From contig CAZSQA010000003.1 in assembly GCA_964608915.1 (NCBI GenBank), forward strand, positions 118,613-182,612: a stretch of 64,000 nucleotides of DNA. The letters run 5' to 3'. This DNA is from an uncultured Isosphaeraceae bacterium (GTDB taxonomy: Bacteria; Planctomycetota; Planctomycetia; Isosphaerales; Isosphaeraceae). The notes under the pieces were generated by a model. It did not search any database, was not told the DNA's origin, and saw only the letters and a program-made list of their open reading frames with translations. Both the position numbers and the translations under genes were made by a program. Below are positions 17,453 to 27,032 of the stretch, piece by piece (the stretch's first letter is position 1; the number at the start of each line of letters is the position of its first letter).

Positions 17453-18565
17453 ATGAATTCGTTCGAACGTTCGATCGACATCGATTATCGCCGTCATACC
17501 CAAATTCGCGGCGGTCCTGATCCGGGGCCGACGCCGCAGGTGAAATTCGATGGCCGTCCGGGTCCTGACTCATGCCGGCTCAGTCGCTGCGTTTCGCCCC
17601 TCGGGCGACGCTCGTTATTCAGGAAAGCATGCTGGTCGATCATTGCGTCGCCGGCCGCTCTGAGTCTGACCGGTTGCAGCCTGGCCCCGAAGCCTCCTCT
17701 CCGCATCGGAATCGATCTCTGGCCGGGTTACGAGATCATGACGCTCGCCCACTCCCTTGGATTTTTCCGGGCCGAGGGACTGGAGGTCGAACTCGTCGAG
17801 TACGATTCGCTGTCGGATGCACGTCGAGCCTTGGAATCGGGCAAGGTCGACGCCATCGGGGTTACGACGATCGATCTCGTGTTCATCATCACGAACAACG
17901 ACTCGAAATCCGCCCGGGTGTGGTGGGTTTTCGATTACAGTAACGGTGCGGACATGATCATCGCGCCGAAGGGTATTCGATCCGTCGCGGAACTGAAGGG
18001 CAAGCCGGTCGGTGTCGAGGTGGGTTCGCTGGGCGTTTACCTTCTCGGGCGTGCGCTCGAAATATCGGGATTGCAATTCGAGGACGTGAAGCCGGTCCCG
18101 ACGCATCAGCTTGCGATGAAAGAAAAGCTGGAAAGCGGCCGAATCGCAGCGGCCGTGTCCTATCCGCCTACTTCCGTCGAACTGCTTAAAGGCGGTAAAA
18201 ACCATATCCTTTTCGATTCGCGTCAAATTCCGGGCGAAGTGATCGACATTTTGGCTGTAGACACCGAAACAGTGCGAACTCGCGCTGCCGATCTTGCGGC
18301 TTTCGACCGGGCTCTGAACCGTGCCTGGATCTATCTGAAGACGAACCGGGAAGACGCGATCAAGCGGATGGCGCAGCGGGAGCGAATGTCGGAGAAGGAA
18401 TTCGAACAATTCCTCAGCGACGGCATTGAGTTGATTCCTCCGGAAGACCAGGCCGCTTTTCTGAAAAAGGGTGGCCCTGTCGACCTGGCGATCAGCAGGT
18501 CCGCGAAGTATCTGCAAGCGCTAAGCATCATCCCGACGAATGCCCCGGTCATTGACCTGCCATGA
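17453..18565 (+). CDS. NMT1/THI5-like (nitrate/sulfonate/bicarbonate ABC-type) periplasmic substrate-binding lipoprotein
   Basis: GRRSLFRKACWSIIASPAALSLTGCS (Tat-like RR plus lipobox), then LRIGIDLWPGYEIMTLAHSLGFFRAEGLEVELVEYDSLSDARRALESGKVDAIGVT. The true start is uncertain (ATG 17453 or GTG about 17540). Its stop overlaps the next start (ATGA at 18562-18565). Confidence 0.8.
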   Translation: MNSFERSIDIDYRRHTQIRGGPDPGPTPQVKFDGRPGPDSCRLSRCVSPLGRRSLFRKACWSIIASPAALSLTGCSLAPKPPLRIGIDLWPGYEIMTLAHSLGFFRAEGLEVELVEYDSLSDARRALESGKVDAIGVTTIDLVFIITNNDSKSARVWWVFDYSNGADMIIAPKGIRSVAELKGKPVGVEVGSLGVYLLGRALEISGLQFEDVKPVPTHQLAMKEKLESGRIAAAVSYPPTSVELLKGGKNHILFDSRQIPGEVIDILAVDTETVRTRAADLAAFDRALNRAWIYLKTNREDAIKRMAQRERMSEKEFEQFLSDGIELIPPEDQAAFLKKGGPVDLAISRSAKYLQALSIIPTNAPVIDLP

Positions 18566-21500
18566 TCCCAAGGTCCGTCCTGACGACGCGAAACACTCTG
18601 ACCCGGCGTCTTCTGGTCCCGGTGCTGACTGGGTTCGCACTGATCGTTCTGTTGGTCGGCATCATTTTGTACCGTGAGATTTCCGACGATATCCAATCGG
18701 AATGGAATCGGAAAATGGACACGGTCGCCGATACCACAGTCGGTGCCGTCGAGCACCTGGATCAGCTCTCGGCCATCCAGCGCATGGTTACGCATCTCGC
18801 GGTCGATCCGGAAGTCGAGGATCTTCATCTCATCAGTTTCGAAGAACGTCGAGTCGTCGCCAGTTCGAAGCATGCCCTGATCGAAACGAAATTGAGCGAT
18901 CTGCCCCCGGATACGTTCAGCGAGGAAATCCTGCGAAAATGCAATGAAGCCAGCCGGAAAGTGCATCAGACGATCTCGTCTCGTGGGATTCTGGAAAGAT
19001 ACGTCCCCGTGGAGTTGACGTATCTGGAATACAAGGCCTTGATCCCGCAAAGGGGCTGCCTGGTCATCCTTTTGCGGCCTGGCGACGAGGCCCGGCTCGC
19101 CATGCGTGCCTTGATGACACAAGGGCTTGCCATCGCGGCCCTACTGGGATTGTTCCTGATCGTCGTTCTGGAAGCCGTCCATTTCAGGATCACCGAACCG
19201 CTTAACCAGCTGGCGCGGCAACTCTACACATCCGGCGGTGAGTCGGATATCGAATCCGACGAACGGCTCGGAAGCGAAATTCACGGGCTGGTGAACGCCT
19301 ACAATGCGACGCTTTCCGGTATCAAGTCGCGTCAGGCCATTTATATGGCCCAGAGTCAGGCATTTCAGGCCGCCCTCAAAGGCGCTGCCCTTGCGGAGAT
19401 CCTGAGCCCGTTGACGGACGCCATTCCGAAAATTTTCGGGCCGGATGTGAGCGCGGCCATCTTCGCCGCCAGTTCCGACAGCAGGCGCATTAATCTCATC
19501 TGCGGAATGTCGGCCGATTTTGCGGAAGCGACGAGAGACTTGCCGGCCGGGCAGGAAGCGATCGATTTCGCTTTGGCGATCCGGACGGGCGAACCAGTCA
19601 TCGTGCCGGACGTCGATGAAGAACCGGCTTGGCAGCCATGGCTGCACGTGGCCAGACGCTTCGGCTTCCGCAGCTGCTGGAACGTTCCTATCAACGGCTC
19701 GAACGAAATGCCGCCCGCGTCGCTATCGCTTTACTGGCGGAAGCCCCGTGAGCCCGACGACGAATCCTTGCAGCTACTTGCGTTCCTGACCAACACTTCG
19801 GCCGTTTTGATGGACAACCATCGCCAGCAGCGGATTCGCATCGAGGCGCAACAGAAAACCGCCGAAAGCCAGGCCCGGTTCCAGGTTCTCTTCGACGAAT
19901 CGCCGGATCCGTACTTCGTCATCGACATCACGGACGCCCGGATTCTGGACTGCAATCCGGCGACGGAACGTCTATTGCTGAGTTCTCGGCAGGAGATCAT
20001 CGGAAAAACCGTCGTCGACTTTTCGCCACCGTATCAGCCGGACGGCCAGCCTTCGCGACAGGCCGCCATGAATACGATGAAAAAGATCCTCGAATCCACC
20101 TCATACAATTTCGAATGGCTGCACCAGCGCTCCGACGGTGTGACAGTCCCGATGATGGTCAACTGCGCGGTGTCGATGCTTGACGGTCAGCAGGTCGTCC
20201 TGGTCGGCTGGCGCGACATGACCGATCGGAAGCGGGCGGAAGCGCGCCTGCGGGAAAGCGAGCATCTTCTTTCGACGGCATTTCGAATAGCCAGGGCCGG
20301 CGCATGGACTTACGACGTGGCCACCGACGAATTCACGTTCAACGACAATTTCTTTCGCATCTTCCGCACGACGGCCGAAGCGGTCGGCGGATACCGGATG
20401 AAGTCGAGCGAATATGCCGTTCGCTTCATCCCGGCTTCGGAGCGGTCGATCGTTTCGACGACCATCGAAGCGGCCCTGACATCGACCGAAGGGACGGATT
20501 CGATCGAGCTTGAACACACTTTCCTCTACCAGGATGGCAATTTGGGCTGGCTGAGGCTGCTTTGCGGCATCGATAGGGACGATTACGGCCGGATCGTCCG
20601 GCTGTATGGCATCAATCAGGACATCACCGAATACAAGCGAGCGGAAGAAAAGCTGCGTGAGAGCGAAGTCCGCTATCGCACGCTTTTCGAAGAGACCGAG
20701 GACGGAATCGTCCTGGTCGACGAAGCGACGCTCAGGTTCGTGGACTTCAATGACTCCGTCTGCCGGCTGCTCGGATACACTCGCGAGGAATTCGCTCGAC
20801 TCCGAGTTCCCGAACTCGAAGCGCTGGAATCCGAAAATGAAACGGAGTCTCGCGTCGATCGGATACAAGCGAATGGGCCGGAGCGGTTCGAAACCAGGCA
20901 TCGCACCAAGAGCGGTGCGATCGTCGATCTGGAAGTCCGTGCGAGTCACGTGCGTCTGCAGGATCATGACTATCTGCTCGCCACCTGGCGGGACATCAGC
21001 GAACGCAAGCGTCGGACAGAAGCGATCGCCCGGGCTCGAGATTTCTATTTGAGCCTTCTGGAACATGCGCCCGCCCTGGTTTGGCGGGCCGACACGGACG
21101 GACATTGCAACTGGTTCAATCAGACCTGGCTCAAATTCACGGGCCGCACCATGGAGGAGGAGACAGGCGACGGATGGCTGGAAGGTGTTCATCCTCAGGA
21201 TCTGGAGCGATGTCTCGCGATCTACCGCGGAAGCTTCCAGCGGCGTGAAGCGTTCGAAATGGAATATCGCCTGCACCACCACAGCGGAGAATATCGCTGG
21301 ATCATGGACTTCGGTGTGCCCATCAGCAACCTGGAAGGCAACTTCGACGGTTACCTCGGATACTGCTACGACATCACCGAACGCAAACGGGCGGAAGCCA
21401 GTTTGCGGCAGTTCAAGAGTACGCTTGATGCGACGCACGACTGCGTATTCATGTTCGATCCGGAGAAGCTGAAGTTCTTTTACGTCAATCAGGGTGCGTG

Positions 21501-23034
21501 CGAGCAGGTGGGTTACTCCGAAGCCGAACTGCTGAAAATGCATCCCTGCGAAATCAAGCCGGAATTCCCGGAGCCGCAGTTCCGGAAGCTGATCGCCCCG
21601 CTGCTGGACGGCAGCAAGCAAAGCCTGCGTTTCGAAACGGTACACAGGCACAAGGACGGCCACGACGTACCCGTCGAGGTATTCCTGCAATTGATCGCCC
21701 CTCCGGGCGAGCCGGCGCGTGTCGTCAATATCGTCACGGACATCACGGATCGCCGGCGACTTCAGGAAGCCTTGCGCCACGAAAGGGATCAGCTGGATTT
21801 GACCGTTCGCCAGCGCACGGCCGACCTGGAACGGGCCAAGGACGAAGCCGAGGCCGCGACGCGGACCAAAAGCGAATTCCTGGCGAACATGAGCCACGAA
21901 GTCCGTTCGCCGCTCACGGCGGTTCTGGGCTATGCCGACATGCTCATGGATTCGAACCTGTCTCCGGACATAGCGTCGCAGGCTGTCCAGGCCATCCGCC
22001 GCAACGGCACCCACCTGCTCGAGATTCTCAACGATATCCTCGATCTTTCGAAAGTCGAGGCCGGAAGGATCGACATCGAACGGGTCGCCTACTCGCCATG
22101 GCAACTGGTCCTTGAAGTCGATTCCCTCCTGAAAGTCCGTGCGGAAGAGCGGAATGTCACGATCCGAAGCCTCGCTCGCGGCCCGCTTCCGAAAGTCGTT
22201 CGAATGGATCCGACGCGTGTTCGCCAGGTACTTCTGAACCTGGTGAGCAACGCGGTGAAATTCTCTGAATCCGGCGACACCGTGGAAATCGAGATCGCCA
22301 TCGAGCCGAAGACCGAGCCTGGCCTCGCGGAAATGACCGTCGAGGTGAAAGACGAAGGCATCGGCATGACGCCGGAACAACTTAAGCTGATTTTCCAGCC
22401 GTTCCGGCAGGCCGACACCACCACGACACGGAAATACGGCGGAACCGGCCTTGGCCTGAGCATCACCCAGCGCATGGTGGAACTCATGGAAGGCGAGATC
22501 AAGGTGCGAAGCGAATTCGGTGTCGGAAGCAGCTTCCAGGTGCGGCTTCCCGTGTTCCTTCCCCTGGAGTACGGGAAAAACGGCGGCCTCGGACCGGAAA
22601 CGCCGGAAACGCTCGCTCATGAAAAAACAGGGGCTTCGCCGCCGATGGCACCACCCCTGCTCAAACTGAAAGGCCGCGTGCTCCTGGCCGAGGACAGCGA
22701 AGACATCCGCCGCGTCGTGGCATTCATGCTGAGCCGACTGGGCCTGAAGCCTGAAATCGCCTTGAATGGCCAGGAAGCGTTCCGCGCGGCACTCGCGAAA
22801 CCGTTCGACCTGATTCTGATGGACATGCAGATGCCGGTCATGGACGGCTACGCCGCAACCCAGGCACTACGCAAAAGCGGTTATCGCAACAAGATCGTGG
22901 CCCTTACGGCCCATAGCATGAGCGAGGACCGCGAAAAGTGTCTGAACGTGGGGTGTGACGAATATCTGACCAAGCCTGTGAATCAGCAACTGCTGACGGA
23001 AACGATCGTCCGCCTTCTGAGCGACACGCAATGA
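18562..23034 (+). CDS. hybrid sensor histidine kinase/response regulator (2 TM, extracytoplasmic loop, GAF, about 5 PAS, HisKA, HATPase_c, REC)
   Basis: H-box FLANMSHEVRSPLTAVLGY (His at codon 1112, nt 21895-21897), N/G boxes LLNLVSNAVKF...DEGIGM...GGTGLGLSI, and receiver RVLLAEDSEDI...DLILMDMQMPVMDG (Asp codon 1421). Five PAS-like blocks begin near RFQVLFDESPDPYFVID, LLSTAFRIARAGAWTYD, VRYRTLFEETEDGIVLVD, LSLLEHAPALVWRAD and FKSTLDATHDCVFMFD. Confidence 0.95.
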   Translation: MIPRSVLTTRNTLTRRLLVPVLTGFALIVLLVGIILYREISDDIQSEWNRKMDTVADTTVGAVEHLDQLSAIQRMVTHLAVDPEVEDLHLISFEERRVVASSKHALIETKLSDLPPDTFSEEILRKCNEASRKVHQTISSRGILERYVPVELTYLEYKALIPQRGCLVILLRPGDEARLAMRALMTQGLAIAALLGLFLIVVLEAVHFRITEPLNQLARQLYTSGGESDIESDERLGSEIHGLVNAYNATLSGIKSRQAIYMAQSQAFQAALKGAALAEILSPLTDAIPKIFGPDVSAAIFAASSDSRRINLICGMSADFAEATRDLPAGQEAIDFALAIRTGEPVIVPDVDEEPAWQPWLHVARRFGFRSCWNVPINGSNEMPPASLSLYWRKPREPDDESLQLLAFLTNTSAVLMDNHRQQRIRIEAQQKTAESQARFQVLFDESPDPYFVIDITDARILDCNPATERLLLSSRQEIIGKTVVDFSPPYQPDGQPSRQAAMNTMKKILESTSYNFEWLHQRSDGVTVPMMVNCAVSMLDGQQVVLVGWRDMTDRKRAEARLRESEHLLSTAFRIARAGAWTYDVATDEFTFNDNFFRIFRTTAEAVGGYRMKSSEYAVRFIPASERSIVSTTIEAALTSTEGTDSIELEHTFLYQDGNLGWLRLLCGIDRDDYGRIVRLYGINQDITEYKRAEEKLRESEVRYRTLFEETEDGIVLVDEATLRFVDFNDSVCRLLGYTREEFARLRVPELEALESENETESRVDRIQANGPERFETRHRTKSGAIVDLEVRASHVRLQDHDYLLATWRDISERKRRTEAIARARDFYLSLLEHAPALVWRADTDGHCNWFNQTWLKFTGRTMEEETGDGWLEGVHPQDLERCLAIYRGSFQRREAFEMEYRLHHHSGEYRWIMDFGVPISNLEGNFDGYLGYCYDITERKRAEASLRQFKSTLDATHDCVFMFDPEKLKFFYVNQGACEQVGYSEAELLKMHPCEIKPEFPEPQFRKLIAPLLDGSKQSLRFETVHRHKDGHDVPVEVFLQLIAPPGEPARVVNIVTDITDRRRLQEALRHERDQLDLTVRQRTADLERAKDEAEAATRTKSEFLANMSHEVRSPLTAVLGYADMLMDSNLSPDIASQAVQAIRRNGTHLLEILNDILDLSKVEAGRIDIERVAYSPWQLVLEVDSLLKVRAEERNVTIRSLARGPLPKVVRMDPTRVRQVLLNLVSNAVKFSESGDTVEIEIAIEPKTEPGLAEMTVEVKDEGIGMTPEQLKLIFQPFRQADTTTTRKYGGTGLGLSITQRMVELMEGEIKVRSEFGVGSSFQVRLPVFLPLEYGKNGGLGPETPETLAHEKTGASPPMAPPLLKLKGRVLLAEDSEDIRRVVAFMLSRLGLKPEIALNGQEAFRAALAKPFDLILMDMQMPVMDGYAATQALRKSGYRNKIVALTAHSMSEDREKCLNVGCDEYLTKPVNQQLLTETIVRLLSDTQ

Positions 23035-23661
23035 GCATCGAAAGCACCTGTCCGCCCCTTGGTTCCGCCTCATAAGCCTCTTGGGTTCGTCAAGAAATTC
23101 TATGGGTTGTCCATCGTCAATTCCGCGATCGATCTCATGAATGAATGCGATATGCACCCGAATCGGCAATTCTGAATGGATGACGTATCGCTTTGCCTGC
23201 CGCAGACTTGCCCTGAAAGGGCGGAGTGTCGATAGCAACGGGTGAAACCCGGTGAATGCGGTCGAGATGCAAAATGACTTGCGCCCTTCAAGGCCGCAGG
23301 TCTTGAATCGCGATTTCCTTGGGAAATGCAGGATTTCCTGCTCCCATTCAGGGTGCTGTCCCATTGGTTGGCGCACGATTCCCCAGAGTTTCGCGCTGTA
23401 CGATTGACCTTCGACCTTCCAGGTCGATTTCGAAGATCGAAGTTCGAAATCGCGATCGCTGTGGTTCGTCGTAATGCAGAAGATGACGTTTTCGTAAGAC
23501 GTTGCGATGATATGTCCGACTCATCCCGCATCGAGCTTCATCCACGGAAATCTCTGAATATCCGCATAAGTCAATATGAGGCTCTTGAGAATTTCGTTCT
23601 CATGTCGAAATCGTTGACTTCGAAATCGAATGTCTGCCCGTCACACGGAACGACACCGGAT

Positions 23662-24207
23662 TCATTCCAGCGGAATCGCGATGATCAGTCCCGCGGTGCG
23701 GTCTTGCGTGGATTTTCGGTCCGGGACGTGGCATTTCAGGCAATGATTGCCCAGCGTGATCGCGCCTGCCCGGCGGTAGACGCCATTTTCCGTCTTTTCG
23801 AAATCTCTCCGGCCGGATTTCAAAGACTCGACCGCTTCCTTTTCGAATGCATCACGGGGCTTGTGATCGGTGTTCATCGCCTGACCTTCGACAGCCAGCC
23901 AATGCAGTTCGATGCCATGCGCTTCTTTTATTTCGGCGAAGACGTCTTTCAAGGTCGCGGCAGGTAGCGGAAGGCCTTCGTCTTCCTGATAATACCGCGA
24001 GTGAACGACCTGAAGCGACGAATGCAGGGCAGTGTGCAGCAGTGCCGCCTCTCTGCGAGCCTCATCCACTGATCTGCCCAGGTTCGTTGATTTCGCCGTT
24101 GCGACGGCAGGCGCGTCGGGTTTGCGCGGAGGTTCTTCGCCGCGGGCTTTATTGAGCGAGATCAAGGCGATCGATATCGCCAGCGAGAAGCCGATGCGTT
24201 TCGTCAT
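23662..24207 (-). CDS. DUF3365 (Tll0287-like) heme-c sensor-domain protein, paralogue 2
   Basis: Signal peptide from the ATG at 24207 (MTKRIGFSLAISIALISLNKARG). Contains ...VHSRYYQEDEGLPLPAATL...HKPRDAFEKEA...YRRAGAITLGNHCLKCH (CxxCH)...AGLIIAIPL. Confidence 0.75.
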   Translation of the reverse strand: MTKRIGFSLAISIALISLNKARGEEPPRKPDAPAVATAKSTNLGRSVDEARREAALLHTALHSSLQVVHSRYYQEDEGLPLPAATLKDVFAEIKEAHGIELHWLAVEGQAMNTDHKPRDAFEKEAVESLKSGRRDFEKTENGVYRRAGAITLGNHCLKCHVPDRKSTQDRTAGLIIAIPLE

Positions 24208-24312
24208 TTCGAAGTGTCCATCATTCGAATGCAGTCTTTCGGTCATGCCGACCAACGTCCAGCGGATATTCTGCGGATCAGTGGTCGTGTCGTCGGTCGA
24301 TCCGTTCCCGTA

Positions 24313-24852
24313 TCATTCTCCATGGAGCGGCACGCTGATCACAAGACCAGCGAATCGTGGCGTTTTGGACGATGCCGCGAAGGCTCCGGCATGACAGCCG
24401 ACGCAGCCGGCCTTAAGCGGAATCGCCGTCGCTCGACGATAGACATCGGCATCGAAGGCTTCGAAAGCCGGCTTGCCAGCGGCGATCTCTTTGGCCGCTT
24501 GCTTTTCGAAATCGGACTTCGGCTCGTGATCGATATTCATGGCTTTGGTATTCACCGAGATCCAGCGGGCTTCGACATTCGTTCGCCGCTTCATGTCGGC
24601 AAAGATGTCTTCCATCGCCCGGGCGGGTAGCAAAGACCGGTCGCGATGGAAATAGCGATGGTGCAGCATTTCCAGTGTCGCTTCGTAAACCTCGTGCATG
24701 TTTTCAGCCCTGTCACGCGCCCTTTCGACCGCAATTCGCGGCCCGGCCGCGGTTCCGGCTTGAGCGGGCTCATCGCCATGAACGACGAGCGTTCGCGAAA
24801 AGGTCACGGAAAGGATCGCCGATCCCAGTAAAGCCAGTCGAACCGGTTTCAT
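24313..24852 (-). CDS. DUF3365 (Tll0287-like) heme-c sensor-domain protein, paralogue 1
   Basis: The ATG at 24852 is preceded by GAGAGGAAA. Signal peptide MKPVRLALLGSAILSV. Contains ...HHRYFHRDRSLLPARAM...HEPKSDFEKQA...YRRATAIPLKAGCVGCH...AGLVISVPL. About 40% identical by eye to the downstream paralogue. Confidence 0.75.
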   Translation of the reverse strand: MKPVRLALLGSAILSVTFSRTLVVHGDEPAQAGTAAGPRIAVERARDRAENMHEVYEATLEMLHHRYFHRDRSLLPARAMEDIFADMKRRTNVEARWISVNTKAMNIDHEPKSDFEKQAAKEIAAGKPAFEAFDADVYRRATAIPLKAGCVGCHAGAFAASSKTPRFAGLVISVPLHGE

Positions 24853-24927
24853 CAGATTTCCTCTCGTGATCGTCTTTCGCATGCGGGCTGATGAGTTCGT
24901 TCGCATTCCGAACGGTTTCGGTCTGGT

Positions 24928-25356
24928 TCAATCCATTGCGATTTCGCACAGGGGCAAAATCTTGCCCGTCGATCGCAACACCTGCGCGATCGAAATGCCA
25001 GCGAAGCCGGCTTCGGTCGCGGCGTAGGCTTTGTCCAGCTCATGATGCAGTGGGCACAGGCTCGTGTGCGAGACCAGCCCCAGCGGACAGTGGCGAATAC
25101 GTTCCAGCGGCGATACGGCGTTGACGACGTCCAGAATCGTGACTGAATCGGCCGATCTGGCCAGAACATAACCGCCGCCCGGCCCCGGGCGCGAATGCAC
25201 CAGACCCGCCCGGACCAGGTCCTGCAACACCTTGTTCAGATACCGACGCGGAACTTTGGTGATCTTCGCCAGGCGTTCGGCCGATTCGGCCCGATCGGCC
25301 TCACGCGCCAGGCACGCCACGGTTCTCAAAGCGTATTCTGCCGTTTTGGACAACAT
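24928..25356 (-). CDS. Rrf2 (BadM/IscR/NsrR) family transcriptional regulator
   Basis: [17 protein letters not shown]...[41 protein letters not shown] is a winged-HTH typical of Rrf2. GGAGAAGAGGG lies upstream of the ATG. The Cys pattern is C90-x10-C101-x2-HH (non-canonical). Confidence 0.9.
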   Translation of the reverse strand: MLSKTAEYALRTVACLAREADRAESAERLAKITKVPRRYLNKVLQDLVRAGLVHSRPGPGGGYVLARSADSVTILDVVNAVSPLERIRHCPLGLVSHTSLCPLHHELDKAYAATEAGFAGISIAQVLRSTGKILPLCEIAMD

Positions 25357-25389
25357 CCCTCTTCTCCTGGCCCCCGGGCCGCCCGTCCT

Positions 25390-25436
25390 AATCTATACCA
25401 TAACATATAGATTTTCGGGATCCAAATAGTCTATTT
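25390..25436. promoter_or_regulatory. two AT-rich palindromes upstream of the Rrf2 gene (candidate Rrf2 operator sites)
   Basis: AATCTATA-n8-TATAGATT (25390-25413) and AAATAG-T-CTATTT (25424-25436), 34-80 nt upstream of the Rrf2 start. They sit in the only strongly AT-rich patch of the divergent intergenic region. Confidence 0.4.
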
Positions 25437-25623
25437 TTCGATCCAGATATTCACAGCCGTATCCGGGCTGGCCAGGGATCCGGGCGAATCTGCATGGCCC
25501 AACTCTGGAACCTTGCGACCTGGAGCCAGGCGGCCTGAGCGGAAAACTCCGAGAAACCGGTTTCGGTCCATGTTCTTTCCCGATACGATCGATCGTTCGA
25601 ACCGATCAAGGGAGAATCTCGCC

Positions 25624-26940
25624 ATGCCGCTCAAAGCCGGATATGCCGCCGTCGATCTCGAACCGCCGCTGGGCGGTTCGATACCGGGTTATTTCGCAGA
25701 CCGTAAGGCCACGGGCTTCATCGATCCTATTCAGGCGAAGTGCGTCGTGGTCGCAGATTCGGCTGCCCCGGGCGACGCCGTGGCTGTGGTCGCGCTGGAC
25801 CTGGTCGCGATTGGGCTGAACGAGTGCGAGCGCATCCGCAAGGCCGTGGCGGCGGGCGGTAAGATCCGGCCTGAGAAGGTCTGGATCCATGCGACTCACA
25901 CCCACACCGGGCCGATGGTGCCGCGGTTTTTCACGACCGATGTCGGGGCCTTGTTTCCGGGTTTTTATCCCGGGATCGTCGACGCCGACTTCTTGACGCG
26001 CCTAATCGAACGCACGGCGAAGTGCATCGCCGAAGCCGCATCGAATGCCTCGTCGACGTCCCTGAGGATCGGCCAGGCGGCGATCGCCGGCGCCGCGATG
26101 TATCGCCGATCGAAGTTGCGGGACGGCAGCGTGCTGACCAACGCCCCGCGCAACGATGCCCGCGTCGTCGGCCCGGCCGGAGAGGTCGACCCGGCGGTCA
26201 CGGTTTTGTCGTTTCCTGAGGCGAAAGCCGCGTTCGTCATTTACGGCATCCATCCGGACATCGTCGGCGGCACGCTTTACTCAGCCGATTATCCGGCGAC
26301 CGTCGCCGACGAATTCCGCAAGGCCAGCGGCCAGAATGTGGTCTTCCTGAACGCCGCGTGCGGCAACGTCAATCACGTCGACCGCAATCGAGCAGATCAG
26401 GCAAAGGGGATCGAAGAATCGCGCCGGATCGGACGGGCGATCGCCACGGGAGCCCTGGAGGCTCTCGGCAAGGCCGAGGTTTCCGAAGGCCTGCCCGTGA
26501 AGCTGGCGGCGCGGGATGTGCCCTCGCGGCTTCGCCTCGTGCCTGAATCGGACGTGAATGATGCTTATCGGCTCGAGAAAGAAGAGCCGAAAAAGGCCAG
26601 GGCTTTCAATGGTCTGTTCGCGCCGGCCGCGATCGTGCTGGGGCGAACGAAAGACCGGGAGCACGTGGCGAAGATCATGGCCCTGCGCCTGGGCCCCGTG
26701 GGGCTCGTGGGCATGCCGGGCGAGATCTTCGTCGAACTGGCACGCGAAGTTGGCCACGATGCCCCGCTGGAGATCGTCCGCACGATCGGCCTTTCCAACG
26801 GAGGCATGGGCTATATCCCGACCTCCGAAGCCTTTGCGCAGGGCGGCTATGAAACCGGCTATCGCTCGGCCCGGTATCGACCCGAAACCGGCCATGCCTG
26901 GGCCAGGGCGGGTGTCGAGTTGTTGCGCGGGCTCGTCTGA
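25624..26940 (+). CDS. neutral/alkaline ceramidase-like hydrolase family protein
   Basis: The ATG at 25624 follows AAGGGAGAA. The start MPLKAGYAAVDLEPPLGGSIPGY...VVALDLVAIG...WIHATHTHTGP resembles the neutral ceramidase N-domain (xTHTHsGP). I trimmed the track start at 25513. Confidence 0.65.
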   Translation: MPLKAGYAAVDLEPPLGGSIPGYFADRKATGFIDPIQAKCVVVADSAAPGDAVAVVALDLVAIGLNECERIRKAVAAGGKIRPEKVWIHATHTHTGPMVPRFFTTDVGALFPGFYPGIVDADFLTRLIERTAKCIAEAASNASSTSLRIGQAAIAGAAMYRRSKLRDGSVLTNAPRNDARVVGPAGEVDPAVTVLSFPEAKAAFVIYGIHPDIVGGTLYSADYPATVADEFRKASGQNVVFLNAACGNVNHVDRNRADQAKGIEESRRIGRAIATGALEALGKAEVSEGLPVKLAARDVPSRLRLVPESDVNDAYRLEKEEPKKARAFNGLFAPAAIVLGRTKDREHVAKIMALRLGPVGLVGMPGEIFVELAREVGHDAPLEIVRTIGLSNGGMGYIPTSEAFAQGGYETGYRSARYRPETGHAWARAGVELLRGLV

Positions 26941-27032
26941 GGCTATCATGCGGGAATGACGCTTCGAAGCGTGGCCGAGCTTCGGTCCGCGCGTCTGGAA
27001 GCCCACAAACCGCACGAGCCGCAAGAGCAAGC

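Noticed and set aside
16972-17481. 169-aa reverse ORF listed in the track
   Set aside because: Only its middle third looks protein-like. It has a Cys/Arg-rich N-terminus and no RBS. I treat the region as a possible pseudogene (see findings) rather than an intact CDS.
20101-22620. 839-aa reverse ORF
   Set aside because: It lies entirely inside, and antisense to, the hybrid histidine kinase, which has H, N, G and receiver motifs in the forward frame.
22867-23376. 169-aa reverse ORF as an intact gene
   Set aside because: Its C-terminal 55 or so residues are merely antisense to the kinase receiver domain. The protein-like part extends upstream of any start codon. I kept it as a finding (possible remnant), not as a feature.
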